DNA of 46,689 nucleotides from the IMG/VR virus record IMGVR_UViG_3300005764_000027, positions 1 through 46,689 of that record; one strand, given 5' to 3'. The DNA is from a virus. Its lineage: Duplodnaviria > Caudoviricetes. Within the stretch, counting starts at the first letter, position 1, and every line of letters begins with the position of its first letter. A program made the position numbers and the translations under genes. The notes beneath the pieces were generated by a model, which worked only from the letters and a program-made list of their open reading frames with translations, did no database searches and was not told where the DNA came from. Below are positions 37,315 through 45,231 of this stretch, one piece after another.

Positions 37315-37913
37315 CCTGGACCATCATTCTCGGCGTCCGCGTCCGCGGCTCGCTCGCCGACAACGCCGATCCGATCTCGACCCTCGTCGAGGGCGACCAT
37401 ACCGCGAGCGAGGCGGAAGCCATCGCGAGAGAGCGCGCGACCGCGCTCGGTTGGGAGGTCATCGGCGTCGAGACCTCGATCTATTCCCAGGAGACGACCA
37501 TGACGACCGACCCGCTCGCCGCCTTGTGCGCGGAGTATGACGCCTGGAACAAGCGGAACCATCTCAATCTCGGCTCCGCCGACGAGCATCTATTCGATCC
37601 GGAATTGACCGACGACCAGCGCGCATGGCTCCGCGAATTCTCCGACCGATGGGAGGACGCCATCGCCGCGGAGGAGGACGCGCGCGCCGCCCGCAAGGGA
37701 CCGGCCGTCGAGGAGGACGAGGCCCGCGCGCCCGCGCTCGTGCCGCTCTCCCGGGAGTCGCTCGACGCCGTCAAGGACCTCGTCCAGGGACGGCTCGACG
37801 AGATCGGCTTTCGCCTGGAGTCGGGCGACGATCTCCCGGACCGTCCCGCGCTCCAGAGCGAGGCCGATGTTTTGCTTCGCGCCTGGAACGAGCTTGAAAA
37901 CGTCAACCCATAG
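37311..37913 (+). CDS. Hypothetical protein (possible fusion; internal start at 37500)
   Basis: 200 aa, coding-like; in-frame CAGGAGA RBS and ATG at 37500. Confidence 0.7.
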   Translation: MTWTIILGVRVRGSLADNADPISTLVEGDHTASEAEAIARERATALGWEVIGVETSIYSQETTMTTDPLAALCAEYDAWNKRNHLNLGSADEHLFDPELTDDQRAWLREFSDRWEDAIAAEEDARAARKGPAVEEDEARAPALVPLSRESLDAVKDLVQGRLDEIGFRLESGDDLPDRPALQSEADVLLRAWNELENVNP

Positions 37914-37922
37914 GAGGACACG

Positions 37923-38435
37923 ATGACGACCGATAAGAGACCGGTGATCGAGCTTCGCAAGGTTCGCGAGAGCCGCTCGCTCTCGGAGGAGACTCCCGCC
38001 TATACCGCCGACGTCTTCGTCGACGGGAAACGGTTTTGCACGGCGAGCAATCACGGCCAAGGCGGACCGGACATGCATCATCCGTTCACCGCGGATCGGA
38101 CATTCCGGACGCGCCTGGAGGCGCTGGAGAAACTGATCGCCGAGACCTATCCCGCCGAGACTTACGAGGCCGGAGGCGAGACTCATTCGTTCCCGTGTTC
38201 GCTCGAATTGCTCTGTCATCGCGAGCTTGACCGGATCGCGACGGAGAAAACCGTCAAGCGCATTCTCGCGTCCAAGGTCCTTTGGCTCCGCGACGGCAAG
38301 GTTCTCCAGATCGCCGTGAAGAAAGGCGGATACTCCCGCGAGGCGATCATCGAACACGTCCGCATGAAGGAGCCCGCCGCGCGCTTCCTTCACGACATGC
38401 CCATCGAGGAGGCGACGAAATATCTCGTCGCGTGA
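37923..38435 (+). CDS. Phage hypothetical protein
   Basis: AGGAGG RBS; SEETPAYTADVFVDGK...ASNHGQGG motif. Confidence 0.8.
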   Translation: MTTDKRPVIELRKVRESRSLSEETPAYTADVFVDGKRFCTASNHGQGGPDMHHPFTADRTFRTRLEALEKLIAETYPAETYEAGGETHSFPCSLELLCHRELDRIATEKTVKRILASKVLWLRDGKVLQIAVKKGGYSREAIIEHVRMKEPAARFLHDMPIEEATKYLVA

Positions 38436-38463
38436 CGTCTCCGCAAAAAGATTCCGACGACCC

Positions 38464-38479
38464 TGTGACGAATCTCACA
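38464..38479. promoter_or_regulatory. CRP-family consensus box TGTGA-N6-TCACA
   Basis: TGTGACGAATCTCACA in the intergenic region before the HTH gene. Confidence 0.45.
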
Positions 38480-38539
38480 GGTCCAGCGGACCGCGGGACG
38501 CGAGATTGAACGCGCGTCCCATCCATCTCGACCACTAGC

Positions 38540-38561
38540 CAAGGGCGCGTTGCCCGGGAGA
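38540..38561 (+). promoter_or_regulatory. Leader hairpin-RBS motif copy 2
   Basis: CAAGGGCGCGTTGCCCGGGAGA before ATG 38567. Confidence 0.7.
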
Positions 38562-38566
38562 GATCC

Positions 38567-39013
38567 ATGATCTCGATGACAAACAACAAAGGACGAGAAC
38601 GCAAATTCACGCCGGAACGGATCGAGCAAATCCGCAATTTGATCGAGCGCGGGACCTCACGCGAGGAGATCGCCGAGATCATCGGTTGCACGGTCGGATC
38701 GCTCCAGGTCACTTGCTCGCGGCTCGGCATCTCGCTCCGCCGCCAGCGCCCCGACAACGGCGTGCGCCTTCTGCCGCGCCCGCCGTCCGCCGCGCCGATC
38801 CCGCTCCCGCGCGTGCCATCGCTCCCCGCCGCCAATGGCAACGGCCCGACGCTGGCGCTCGTCCTCGTCGACGGGGACCGCCGCCGCGAGAGCCCGCTTC
38901 CGCTGGCCGTCGAGGACCTCCGCCGCATCGCCCTGGAGGCGGCGGTCCGCGGGGTCTCCGTCGCCGACGTGATGACGGCTCTCCTCGTTAAAGGAATGAA
39001 TTCCCTCGATTAA
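38567..39013 (+). CDS. GcrA-like HTH regulator with C-terminal RHH-like segment
   Basis: FTPERIEQIRNLIERGTSREEIAEIIG...CSRLGISL; Pro-rich linker; RIALEAAVRGVSVADVM. Confidence 0.65.
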   Translation: MISMTNNKGRERKFTPERIEQIRNLIERGTSREEIAEIIGCTVGSLQVTCSRLGISLRRQRPDNGVRLLPRPPSAAPIPLPRVPSLPAANGNGPTLALVLVDGDRRRESPLPLAVEDLRRIALEAAVRGVSVADVMTALLVKGMNSLD

Positions 39014-39056
39014 CCTTTAACGGCCCGGACGCCTGGAACTAGGACCGAAAAGCCTA

Positions 39057-39143
39057 ATGATTAGCGGGACCTAGTCGGTCGCGGGTTCGTGATCCGGAAA
39101 GCGACTAGGACCCCTGGACCTAACGGCCCGGGGTCCTTAACTT
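39057..39143 (+). promoter_or_regulatory. Promoter cassette copy 2 and promoter P2
   Basis: Repeat of 36400-36455; TGGACC (39115-20), 17 bp spacer, TAACTT (39138-43); TAGGACC at 39106 (and 39040). Confidence 0.65.
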
Positions 39144-39149
39144 ATTGGC

Positions 39150-39317
39150 ATGAACACGACCCTAAAACTCCGACGGACCCCGAAGGGCTGGACCCTTGGC
39201 CCCTTTGCGATTGACCGCGACGGCGACCGCCTCGTGATCCGGCGCTTCGGACAGGACCTCGCCCGCGTTGGCACTCTCGCCGAAGCGCGCGACATGATCG
39301 TCGGATGGAATAGTTAA
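39150..39317 (+). CDS. Small hypothetical protein, probably leaderless
   Basis: Below cutoff; MNTTLKLRRTPKGWTLGPFAIDRDGDRLVIRRFGQDLARVGTLAEARDMIVGWNS*; ATG 7 nt after the -10. Confidence 0.6.
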   Translation: MNTTLKLRRTPKGWTLGPFAIDRDGDRLVIRRFGQDLARVGTLAEARDMIVGWNS

Positions 39318-39330
39318 CGACCCCTCGTTT

Positions 39331-39350
39331 CAAGGGCGATTGCCCGGAGA
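39331..39350 (+). promoter_or_regulatory. Leader hairpin-RBS motif copy 3
   Basis: CAAGGGCGATTGCCCGGAGA before ATG 39356. Confidence 0.7.
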
Positions 39351-39355
39351 CAAAA

Positions 39356-40231
39356 ATGACCGACCGAATCCCCGTCGTAGTTGCTTACGGACTTGGCTTG
39401 AATTCGACCGCGATGCTCGTCGAGATGCATCGCCGCGGCGAGCCCGCTCCCGATCTGATCTTATTTGCCGACACTGGATCGGAGCGCCCGGAGACCTACG
39501 CCTATCTCCCGATCATGCAAGCGTGGCTCCGCTCCGTCGGCTGGCCGGAGATCGTGACCGTGAAGAATGCGAGCCCGATTGCTGGCGACGCTTCTCTCGG
39601 CGACGAGGTCTATCGCCTCCGGACTTTGCCCTCGCCCGCCTTCGGCGTTCACACTTGTTCGCAAAAGTGGAAGGCCGCGCCCCAGGACAAAAAATGCCGC
39701 GAGGTCTTCGGCTGGAATTCGAAGACGAAGACATGGAATCACGGACCGCTCGTCCGCAAGCTGATCGGATACGACGCTGGCCCCGCCGACGGACGTCGCG
39801 TGAAGAATGCCGACGGCAAATGGTCGCCTGGATACGAGCATCGCTATCCGTTGATCGAATGGGGTCTCGACCGCGCCGGATGCGAGCGCGTCGTCCGCGA
39901 GGCCGGTCTCCCCGTTCCCCGCAAAAGCTCGTGCTGGTTCTGTCCCGCGATGAAGCGCGGCGAGATCGCGGAGCTTGCGGAGATCCAGCCCGCGCTTTAT
40001 GCGCGCGCGCTGGAGATCGAGGATCGCGCGCGCGAGCGCGGCCTCCTCGTCCAGTCGACGAAGGGACTCGGCCGCTCGTTCTCCTGGCGGGACCCTTCGC
40101 CCGCCGTCGATCCCGCGACTGCCGCGCTCACTCCCGGCCGCAAGGCATGGGCGACGCGCCGCGCCCGCGAGGCCGCGCGTGCCGCGGGCGGACCCGCGAC
40201 CGTGGTCACATGGTCGTCATCGGCCGCCTAG
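39356..40231 (+). CDS. PAPS reductase-like (PP-loop/HUP) protein
   Basis: VVAYGLGLNSTAM, ILFADTGSERPETY, CSQKWK, IGYDA, YPLIEWG and KSSCWFCP motifs. Confidence 0.85.
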   Translation: MTDRIPVVVAYGLGLNSTAMLVEMHRRGEPAPDLILFADTGSERPETYAYLPIMQAWLRSVGWPEIVTVKNASPIAGDASLGDEVYRLRTLPSPAFGVHTCSQKWKAAPQDKKCREVFGWNSKTKTWNHGPLVRKLIGYDAGPADGRRVKNADGKWSPGYEHRYPLIEWGLDRAGCERVVREAGLPVPRKSSCWFCPAMKRGEIAELAEIQPALYARALEIEDRARERGLLVQSTKGLGRSFSWRDPSPAVDPATAALTPGRKAWATRRAREAARAAGGPATVVTWSSSAA

Positions 40232-40266
40232 GACCCCTTGACCCATAGGACCGCCAGCCCTACCTT
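40229..40266 (+). promoter_or_regulatory. Sigma70-type promoter P3 with TAGGACC boxes
   Basis: TTGACC (40238-43), 17 bp spacer, TACCTT (40261-66); TAGGACC at 40229 and 40246, same register as P1. Confidence 0.75.
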
Positions 40267-40303
40267 ACCCCCTGGACGCGGCAATCCCGCCTCGTCCGCT
40301 TTC

Positions 40304-40324
40304 CAAGGGCAAATGCCCGGGAGA
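40304..40324 (+). promoter_or_regulatory. Leader hairpin-RBS motif copy 4
   Basis: CAAGGGCAAATGCCCGGGAGA before ATG 40331. Confidence 0.7.
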
Positions 40325-40330
40325 CCCGTA

Positions 40331-40498
40331 ATGCCCTACTTTTTCGCTACCGATCTCGTCGGGTTCCGCTCGACGACCCTGCGCGTGCGCGTCACGGAGC
40401 GCCGTGACGGATATGTGTGGGTCCGTACCGCGGACCTCCTCGACGCGGGGACCGCGCTCGTCCTTCGGGACGATCAAGTCCAGGAGGCCGCGCGCTAA
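40331..40498 (+). CDS. Small hypothetical protein
   Basis: MPYFFATDLVG..., 55 aa, after the leader motif. Confidence 0.65.
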   Translation: MPYFFATDLVGFRSTTLRVRVTERRDGYVWVRTADLLDAGTALVLRDDQVQEAAR

Positions 40499-40516
40499 CG
40501 CGCGCGGGGTCTCCCG

Positions 40517-40771
40517 ATGATGACCGTCGTCAAATCCCCGCAAGCCCGTCTCCGCGAGGAGATGGGCCTCGCTCCCCGCGTCTCCTCCTCGCGCGTGCGC
40601 GTCGCCGACTGGATCGGCTTCGATTGCGGCGACGTCGTTCGCGAGATCGGCGGACGCCATACCGGCCGCGTCGAGGCGATTTTCGACGGCGCGACTATCC
40701 GCGTCCGCTGGCACGAGACCGGCTGGACCTCCGACCTTCCCCGCGACCAGATCGAAAAGGTGACGCCATGA
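40517..40771 (+). CDS. Small SH3/KOW-like hypothetical protein
   Basis: FDCGDVVRE...GRVEAI....IRVRW pattern; ATGA overlap with the next gene. Confidence 0.65.
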   Translation: MMTVVKSPQARLREEMGLAPRVSSSRVRVADWIGFDCGDVVREIGGRHTGRVEAIFDGATIRVRWHETGWTSDLPRDQIEKVTP

Positions 40772-41256
40772 CCACGACCAATGATCTCAACCGTCTCGTG
40801 AACGCGATCCAAAAGATCGTCGACGCGGAGCCCGACACGCTCCATCGCGAGATCAACGCCGCGAGGAAACTCGCCGACGACGTCTCCCGGACCTATTGCC
40901 TCGACGGGAGCGAGACCGACGAGGAGGAGGACGAGCCCGAATTCGTCCCGCCTCCCGGCGTCATGACGTTCGAACAATTCCAGGCGAGCAAGAAACACAG
41001 CGACGATCTCGCGAAGGACCTCCCGGATCAACTATTCGAGGCCGAAGGCGGGGACCCGACGCATGTCGCCCGCGGCTGGATTTACGACGGGACCTATTTC
41101 ATCGACGAGGTCCTGGAATGGTGGCCGGAGGACGCGCGCCGCGAGGGTCGCTGGCATTTGCTCCTGGAGCGGAGCGAATTCATCACGGACGACCTCGAAT
41201 CCCTGGAGCGCAAGCTTTATCGCTGGTGCGTCCAGAGTGGAGGGCTCTCGTCATGA
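40768..41256 (+). CDS. Acidic hypothetical protein
   Basis: ATGA overlaps at both ends; coding-like part of the 279-aa ORF. Confidence 0.7.
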   Translation: MTTTNDLNRLVNAIQKIVDAEPDTLHREINAARKLADDVSRTYCLDGSETDEEEDEPEFVPPPGVMTFEQFQASKKHSDDLAKDLPDQLFEAEGGDPTHVARGWIYDGTYFIDEVLEWWPEDARREGRWHLLLERSEFITDDLESLERKLYRWCVQSGGLSS

Positions 41257-41714
41257 CGCCCGACGCTTTCGGCATCTCGGAGGACGTCCCCGCGGAGTGG
41301 CACGCCGCGGGCCTCGTCGCCGCCGTCGTCCATCATCGCTGGCACGGGACCCCGGACTATTGGGTCTGCGGTTGCCGCGACGTCGTCGCCGCCGCTGCCA
41401 TCGCGCTCGTCCTCAATCGGCACAATGCCCTGGATCGCGCGCGCCCCGCGCCCGCGCGCGAGCGCCCGATCTCCAGGACCGCACATAACGCGGCGGTCCG
41501 TTTCGTCGAGGAGGTCGTCGGCCGCTACGGCCCGGAGAGCGCATTCTCCCGCACGCGCATGATGACCCACGAGAAGCAATACAAGCGCCGCCGTCCGCAA
41601 TGGCTCGATCAATCCATCGATCTCCTCGGCGCGCTCATGCGCGAGGAGGGATTGAAAGGCCAGCCGCTCACGGAGATCGAGCGCCGCGAGATTTACGACA
41701 GGAGAAAGCCATGA
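41253..41714 (+). CDS. Hypothetical protein
   Basis: ATGA overlaps at both ends. Confidence 0.65.
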   Translation: MTPDAFGISEDVPAEWHAAGLVAAVVHHRWHGTPDYWVCGCRDVVAAAAIALVLNRHNALDRARPAPARERPISRTAHNAAVRFVEEVVGRYGPESAFSRTRMMTHEKQYKRRRPQWLDQSIDLLGALMREEGLKGQPLTEIERREIYDRRKP

Positions 41715-42010
41715 CCGCCGCCGCGATGAAGCAATGCCCGTCGTGCAAGGGAGCGCGCAAAGTCCGCGTCCACGTCACGACCGACCGCGGCGATGGCGAG
41801 ATCGAGCTTACTCAATTCGAGACCGATTGCGTCTCCTGCGGCGGGATCGGGAAGGTCACGCCGCGCCGCTTCGCCGCGCTCCAGTCGGAGGCCGCGATGT
41901 GGTGCTCGTGCGGGAACGAGAGCGGCGAGGCCGATTACCACGCCGACACTCGCCGGATGAAACATCACTGGACCTGCCGCGACTGCGGCAAGGTCCTCCA
42001 GGTCGGATAA
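41711..42010 (+). CDS. Zinc-finger protein
   Basis: CPSCKG, CVSCGGIG, CSC and CRDCG; AGGAGA RBS. Confidence 0.75.
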   Translation: MTAAAMKQCPSCKGARKVRVHVTTDRGDGEIELTQFETDCVSCGGIGKVTPRRFAALQSEAAMWCSCGNESGEADYHADTRRMKHHWTCRDCGKVLQVG

Positions 42011-42045
42011 TTTCCCCACGCGCAAACCATGAAAGGACCGCGCAC

Positions 42046-42441
42046 ATGACCACGAAGAAACCACGCGACCGCCGCCGCATCCCCGCCCGCGGCGGAGCCG
42101 TCCAGCACAATCCGCCGATCCCGGTCGCCGCGCCGAAGGTCGACGATCTCCTCATCGAGCGCACGCATGCGACCCTGATCGCGACCGTCGGCGAGATGAC
42201 GCAATCGCTCCGGCGCGCGCTCGACACCGCGGGCAAGCTCGCGAGACACGAGATCGCCGACAGTCCCGGCGACCCATTCGAGAACGGCCACGTCGAGGCA
42301 TTGAGCGCGATGGAGATGGGACACCTTGTCCAGGTCATCTCGACCCTCGCCTATCCGACGCTCCGGGTCCTCGCCGAGATCGCCGAGAAGCTCGACGAAT
42401 TCGAATGCAAGACCATCGAGGCGGAGGAGGCCGCGTCATGA
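42046..42441 (+). CDS. Helical hypothetical protein
   Basis: AAAGGA RBS; ATGA overlap with the next gene. Confidence 0.65.
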   Translation: MTTKKPRDRRRIPARGGAVQHNPPIPVAAPKVDDLLIERTHATLIATVGEMTQSLRRALDTAGKLARHEIADSPGDPFENGHVEALSAMEMGHLVQVISTLAYPTLRVLAEIAEKLDEFECKTIEAEEAAS

Positions 42442-42665
42442 CCCTCCGTCAATTCGGCCTCGCGATGAAGGAGATCGAGGCTCCCGACGGGGACGGCTGG
42501 CTCGCGCTGGTCGTCCTTTCCTACGGCTTGTCGTTGGTCGGTGCGCTTCACAACCCGACCGCGGAGGGTCTCGTTCGCCTGGACGTCAAAGGCAAGGACG
42601 GCTCCGACCTTCCGATGATGATCGACGTTACCGCCATCGTCGCGATCCAGCGCGTGCCGATATGA
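42438..42665 (+). CDS. Small hypothetical protein (possible Sm-like fold)
   Basis: GGAGG RBS; VVLSYGLSLVG...MMIDVTAIVAI pattern. Confidence 0.6.
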   Translation: MTLRQFGLAMKEIEAPDGDGWLALVVLSYGLSLVGALHNPTAEGLVRLDVKGKDGSDLPMMIDVTAIVAIQRVPI

Positions 42666-42675
42666 GGAGGAAACC

Positions 42676-43134
42676 ATGACGAAACGACCGACCGCCGCGG
42701 ACTTTGATCGGCTCCGCCAGAAGATCGTCGACGATATCAACCGGACCGGCCGTTGCGTGATTTGCGTCGGTGCGGACAAGGACGCGCCGCCGTTTGCTTA
42801 CACGGTGGGAAATCAACTCGTCGACCTCCCCGAGCTCCTCCTGATCGGATCATTCGACGGCTCGATCCTCAACTATCTCTCGGAGCAAATGATCGAGCGC
42901 GGCCGGGGATTTGCTCACGACGAGCTTGTCTCCCTTGGCGGGGTTTTCCCCGTCAAGATCGTCGACGCGGACACGCAACAATGTCGCGACGAATGGACGA
43001 TCCAGGCCAATCACATCGGCCGGAAATACACGGTCCAGCAAGTCGTCCTCTGTGATCGTCAAGGACGCTATCCCGACGACCCGCGATGCGCCCCGCCTTA
43101 CTCGACGGTCCCGATCCTATGGAGGACGCAATGA
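42676..43134 (+). CDS. DUF4262-like protein
   Basis: PPFAYTVG...LPELLLIG...QVVLCDRQGRYPDD motif. Confidence 0.8.
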   Translation: MTKRPTAADFDRLRQKIVDDINRTGRCVICVGADKDAPPFAYTVGNQLVDLPELLLIGSFDGSILNYLSEQMIERGRGFAHDELVSLGGVFPVKIVDADTQQCRDEWTIQANHIGRKYTVQQVVLCDRQGRYPDDPRCAPPYSTVPILWRTQ

Positions 43135-43352
43135 CCATGGCTCCGGGATGCACGGCGGAGGATCGCCGCGCCTATCTTCGGCTCGTCCGTCGCATGACGC
43201 GGATCGTCGTGGCGATGGAGGAGCTCGGCGAGAATGAGATGGGCGTCCTCGACCGTCGGACGGCGATGCGTTTCCATCGCTTGACGCATCGCCTCCGCTT
43301 GTTCTCGATTGACCTCGTGAACGATGCGATGGTGGAGGAGATCGAGCGATGA
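43131..43352 (+). CDS. Small hypothetical protein
   Basis: GGAGG RBS; ATGA overlaps. Confidence 0.6.
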   Translation: MTMAPGCTAEDRRAYLRLVRRMTRIVVAMEELGENEMGVLDRRTAMRFHRLTHRLRLFSIDLVNDAMVEEIER

Positions 43353-43618
43353 TGACGAAGGACGATTACCGCGCGGCGCTGGTCGTGTTCGATCTGTCGC
43401 AAGTTGCAGCTGCAAAATTCTTTCGCGTGAACGAGCGCACGTCACGGCGATGGGCGAGCGGCCAGCAAGACGTCGCGCCCATCACAGAGCGCCAGATCCG
43501 GCTCATGCTGCGATATGAGATCATGCCGCCCGACGTCGACGCGCTCATGGAATTGCCGTTTGCGATGCTCCTCGACCGTGTCGCGCTCGGCGCGATCCAC
43601 CATGACGACAAACCTTGA
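43349..43618 (+). CDS. XRE-like HTH DNA-binding protein
   Basis: YRAAL...LSQVAAAKFFRVNERTSRRWASG. Confidence 0.8.
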   Translation: MMTKDDYRAALVVFDLSQVAAAKFFRVNERTSRRWASGQQDVAPITERQIRLMLRYEIMPPDVDALMELPFAMLLDRVALGAIHHDDKP

Positions 43619-44471
43619 CCGGTCTGGACCGATGGACCTATTTTCCCGCGCCATGGGACCGCGACCGCTCGACCCGGACGATATCGTCGCCCGCCTTCCG
43701 GAGAAGGTGCTTTATGCGCCGAAGGGACAGGCCGGGGAATATGCGCCCTATGCGACGAATCCCTATCGCGGATGCGGGCATGCGTGCGCCTATTGCTACG
43801 TCCCGCACGTCCCTGGACAACCGTCCCGCGCCGTCTTCGACGCTGGCGCGATCCCGCGCCCGAATTATCTCCGCCGCCTCCGCCGCGATGCGGAACGATG
43901 CGAGGAGAACGACCTCGATATCCAGATCATGCTCTCGTTCACGACCGACATTTACAATCCGGTCGACCGATCCTTGACCCGACCGGCGCTGGAGATTCTG
44001 GTCGAGCATGGTCTCGCGATCTGTCCGCTCACGAAGGGAGGGAGGCGCGCGCTCGCCGACCTCGATCTATTCCGCCCGGAGCGCGACGCCTTCGCCGCGA
44101 CGTTGACGACGCTCGACGACCGTTTCTCGCAAAAGTGGGAACGCGCCGCCGCCTTGCCCGGGGACCGGATCGAGACCCTCCGCAAATTCCACGACCGCGG
44201 CATCTTCACTTGGGTCTCGCTGGAGCCGACGCTCGACGCCGACCATTCGCTCGCCGTCGTCGACGCGACCCATGAATTCGTCGACCTCTACAAGGTCGGA
44301 CAGGCGAATTACGTCCCGACGATCACGAAGGTCCTCGACTGGAGCGATTACACGCTCCGGATCATTGACCGCATGGCGCGCTACGGGAAGGCGCATTACG
44401 TCAAGCGCGACCTCCAGCCCTACCTCCCGCCCGCCTACGCGAATCCTTTGCGCGTGACGCAACATCATTGA
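43602..44471 (+). CDS. Radical SAM protein (SPL/Rv2578c-like)
   Basis: NPYRGCGHACAYCY (CxxxCxxC), SFTTDIY, LTKG, WE..A..P..R and TWVSLEP; start uncertain (43602 or 43632). Confidence 0.88.
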   Translation: MTTNLDRSGPMDLFSRAMGPRPLDPDDIVARLPEKVLYAPKGQAGEYAPYATNPYRGCGHACAYCYVPHVPGQPSRAVFDAGAIPRPNYLRRLRRDAERCEENDLDIQIMLSFTTDIYNPVDRSLTRPALEILVEHGLAICPLTKGGRRALADLDLFRPERDAFAATLTTLDDRFSQKWERAAALPGDRIETLRKFHDRGIFTWVSLEPTLDADHSLAVVDATHEFVDLYKVGQANYVPTITKVLDWSDYTLRIIDRMARYGKAHYVKRDLQPYLPPAYANPLRVTQHH

Positions 44472-45222
44472 CGACCGACGTCGGCGACGCGAGCTCCTCG
44501 AGCGAACGCAATTCGAGACCCGCATCCGGCGCGAACGATTGCGCGCGCGCCGCTGCGGCGTTCTGGACGCGCGCGCGCGCGGGAGCGCGCTCCGCCTCCG
44601 GCAATCCTTCGAACACGACGCCGACATAGGCGACGCCGACGCCGCCCGTCCGGTTGTCCGCTTGCCAAATCCGGACGAGCTTCGCATGCATGCGCGTCGC
44701 GAGCTCGTTCCAGATCACCGCGAGGATCGCGCCGTGATTGCGCGACATGGATTTTCCTGGCGTCGCGCGATGACGGAGACCAGTGAGATCGCGGAGGCCA
44801 TGCGCGACCATGGCGTTGCGATATTGCATCATGTTGTCGGTGACGATGATCGCCGCGCGCTCGCCTGGCGCGAGCTTCCGCTTCGCCGCGATGATGACCG
44901 CTTGCTCCCATGGCGATCCGTAGGCGTCGAGATCGAACACGTTGAACGCGGAGAGATCGATGGCGCGCAGCACGCGCCGGTTGTCGCCGACGAAGACGCG
45001 CCGCCCGTCGCGGAAATATCGCTTGTCGCAACCGGTATAGCTCGCGGCCAGATCGCGCCAGACCGCGCGATGGAGAACGCCGGCGCCCGCGAACGCATCG
45101 AAGACATGCAACGGTCCCGCGACCGCCTTGGCGACGTTCTCGCGGATCTCGATCTTCGCGCGCTTGGCCCCGCGCGCCTCCGTGTTGTCGATCTGTTTAT
45201 AGACCTTGTTCGCGTATGGCAT
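44401..45222 (-). CDS. SAM-dependent methyltransferase-like protein (Trm1/TcmP-like motifs)
   Basis: VFDAFAGAG motif I; FNVFDLDAYGSPW motif IV-like; IIVTD. Confidence 0.75.
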   Translation of the reverse strand: MPYANKVYKQIDNTEARGAKRAKIEIRENVAKAVAGPLHVFDAFAGAGVLHRAVWRDLAASYTGCDKRYFRDGRRVFVGDNRRVLRAIDLSAFNVFDLDAYGSPWEQAVIIAAKRKLAPGERAAIIVTDNMMQYRNAMVAHGLRDLTGLRHRATPGKSMSRNHGAILAVIWNELATRMHAKLVRIWQADNRTGGVGVAYVGVVFEGLPEAERAPARARVQNAAAARAQSFAPDAGLELRSLEELASPTSVVNDVASRAKDSRRRAGGRAGGRA

Positions 45223-45231
45223 GGCCGCGCC

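Noticed and set aside
36400-40324. CRISPR-like or mini-array reading of the repeated motifs
   Set aside because: Repeats are short, kilobases apart and tied to promoters/RBSs; there is no regular spacer periodicity and no cas genes
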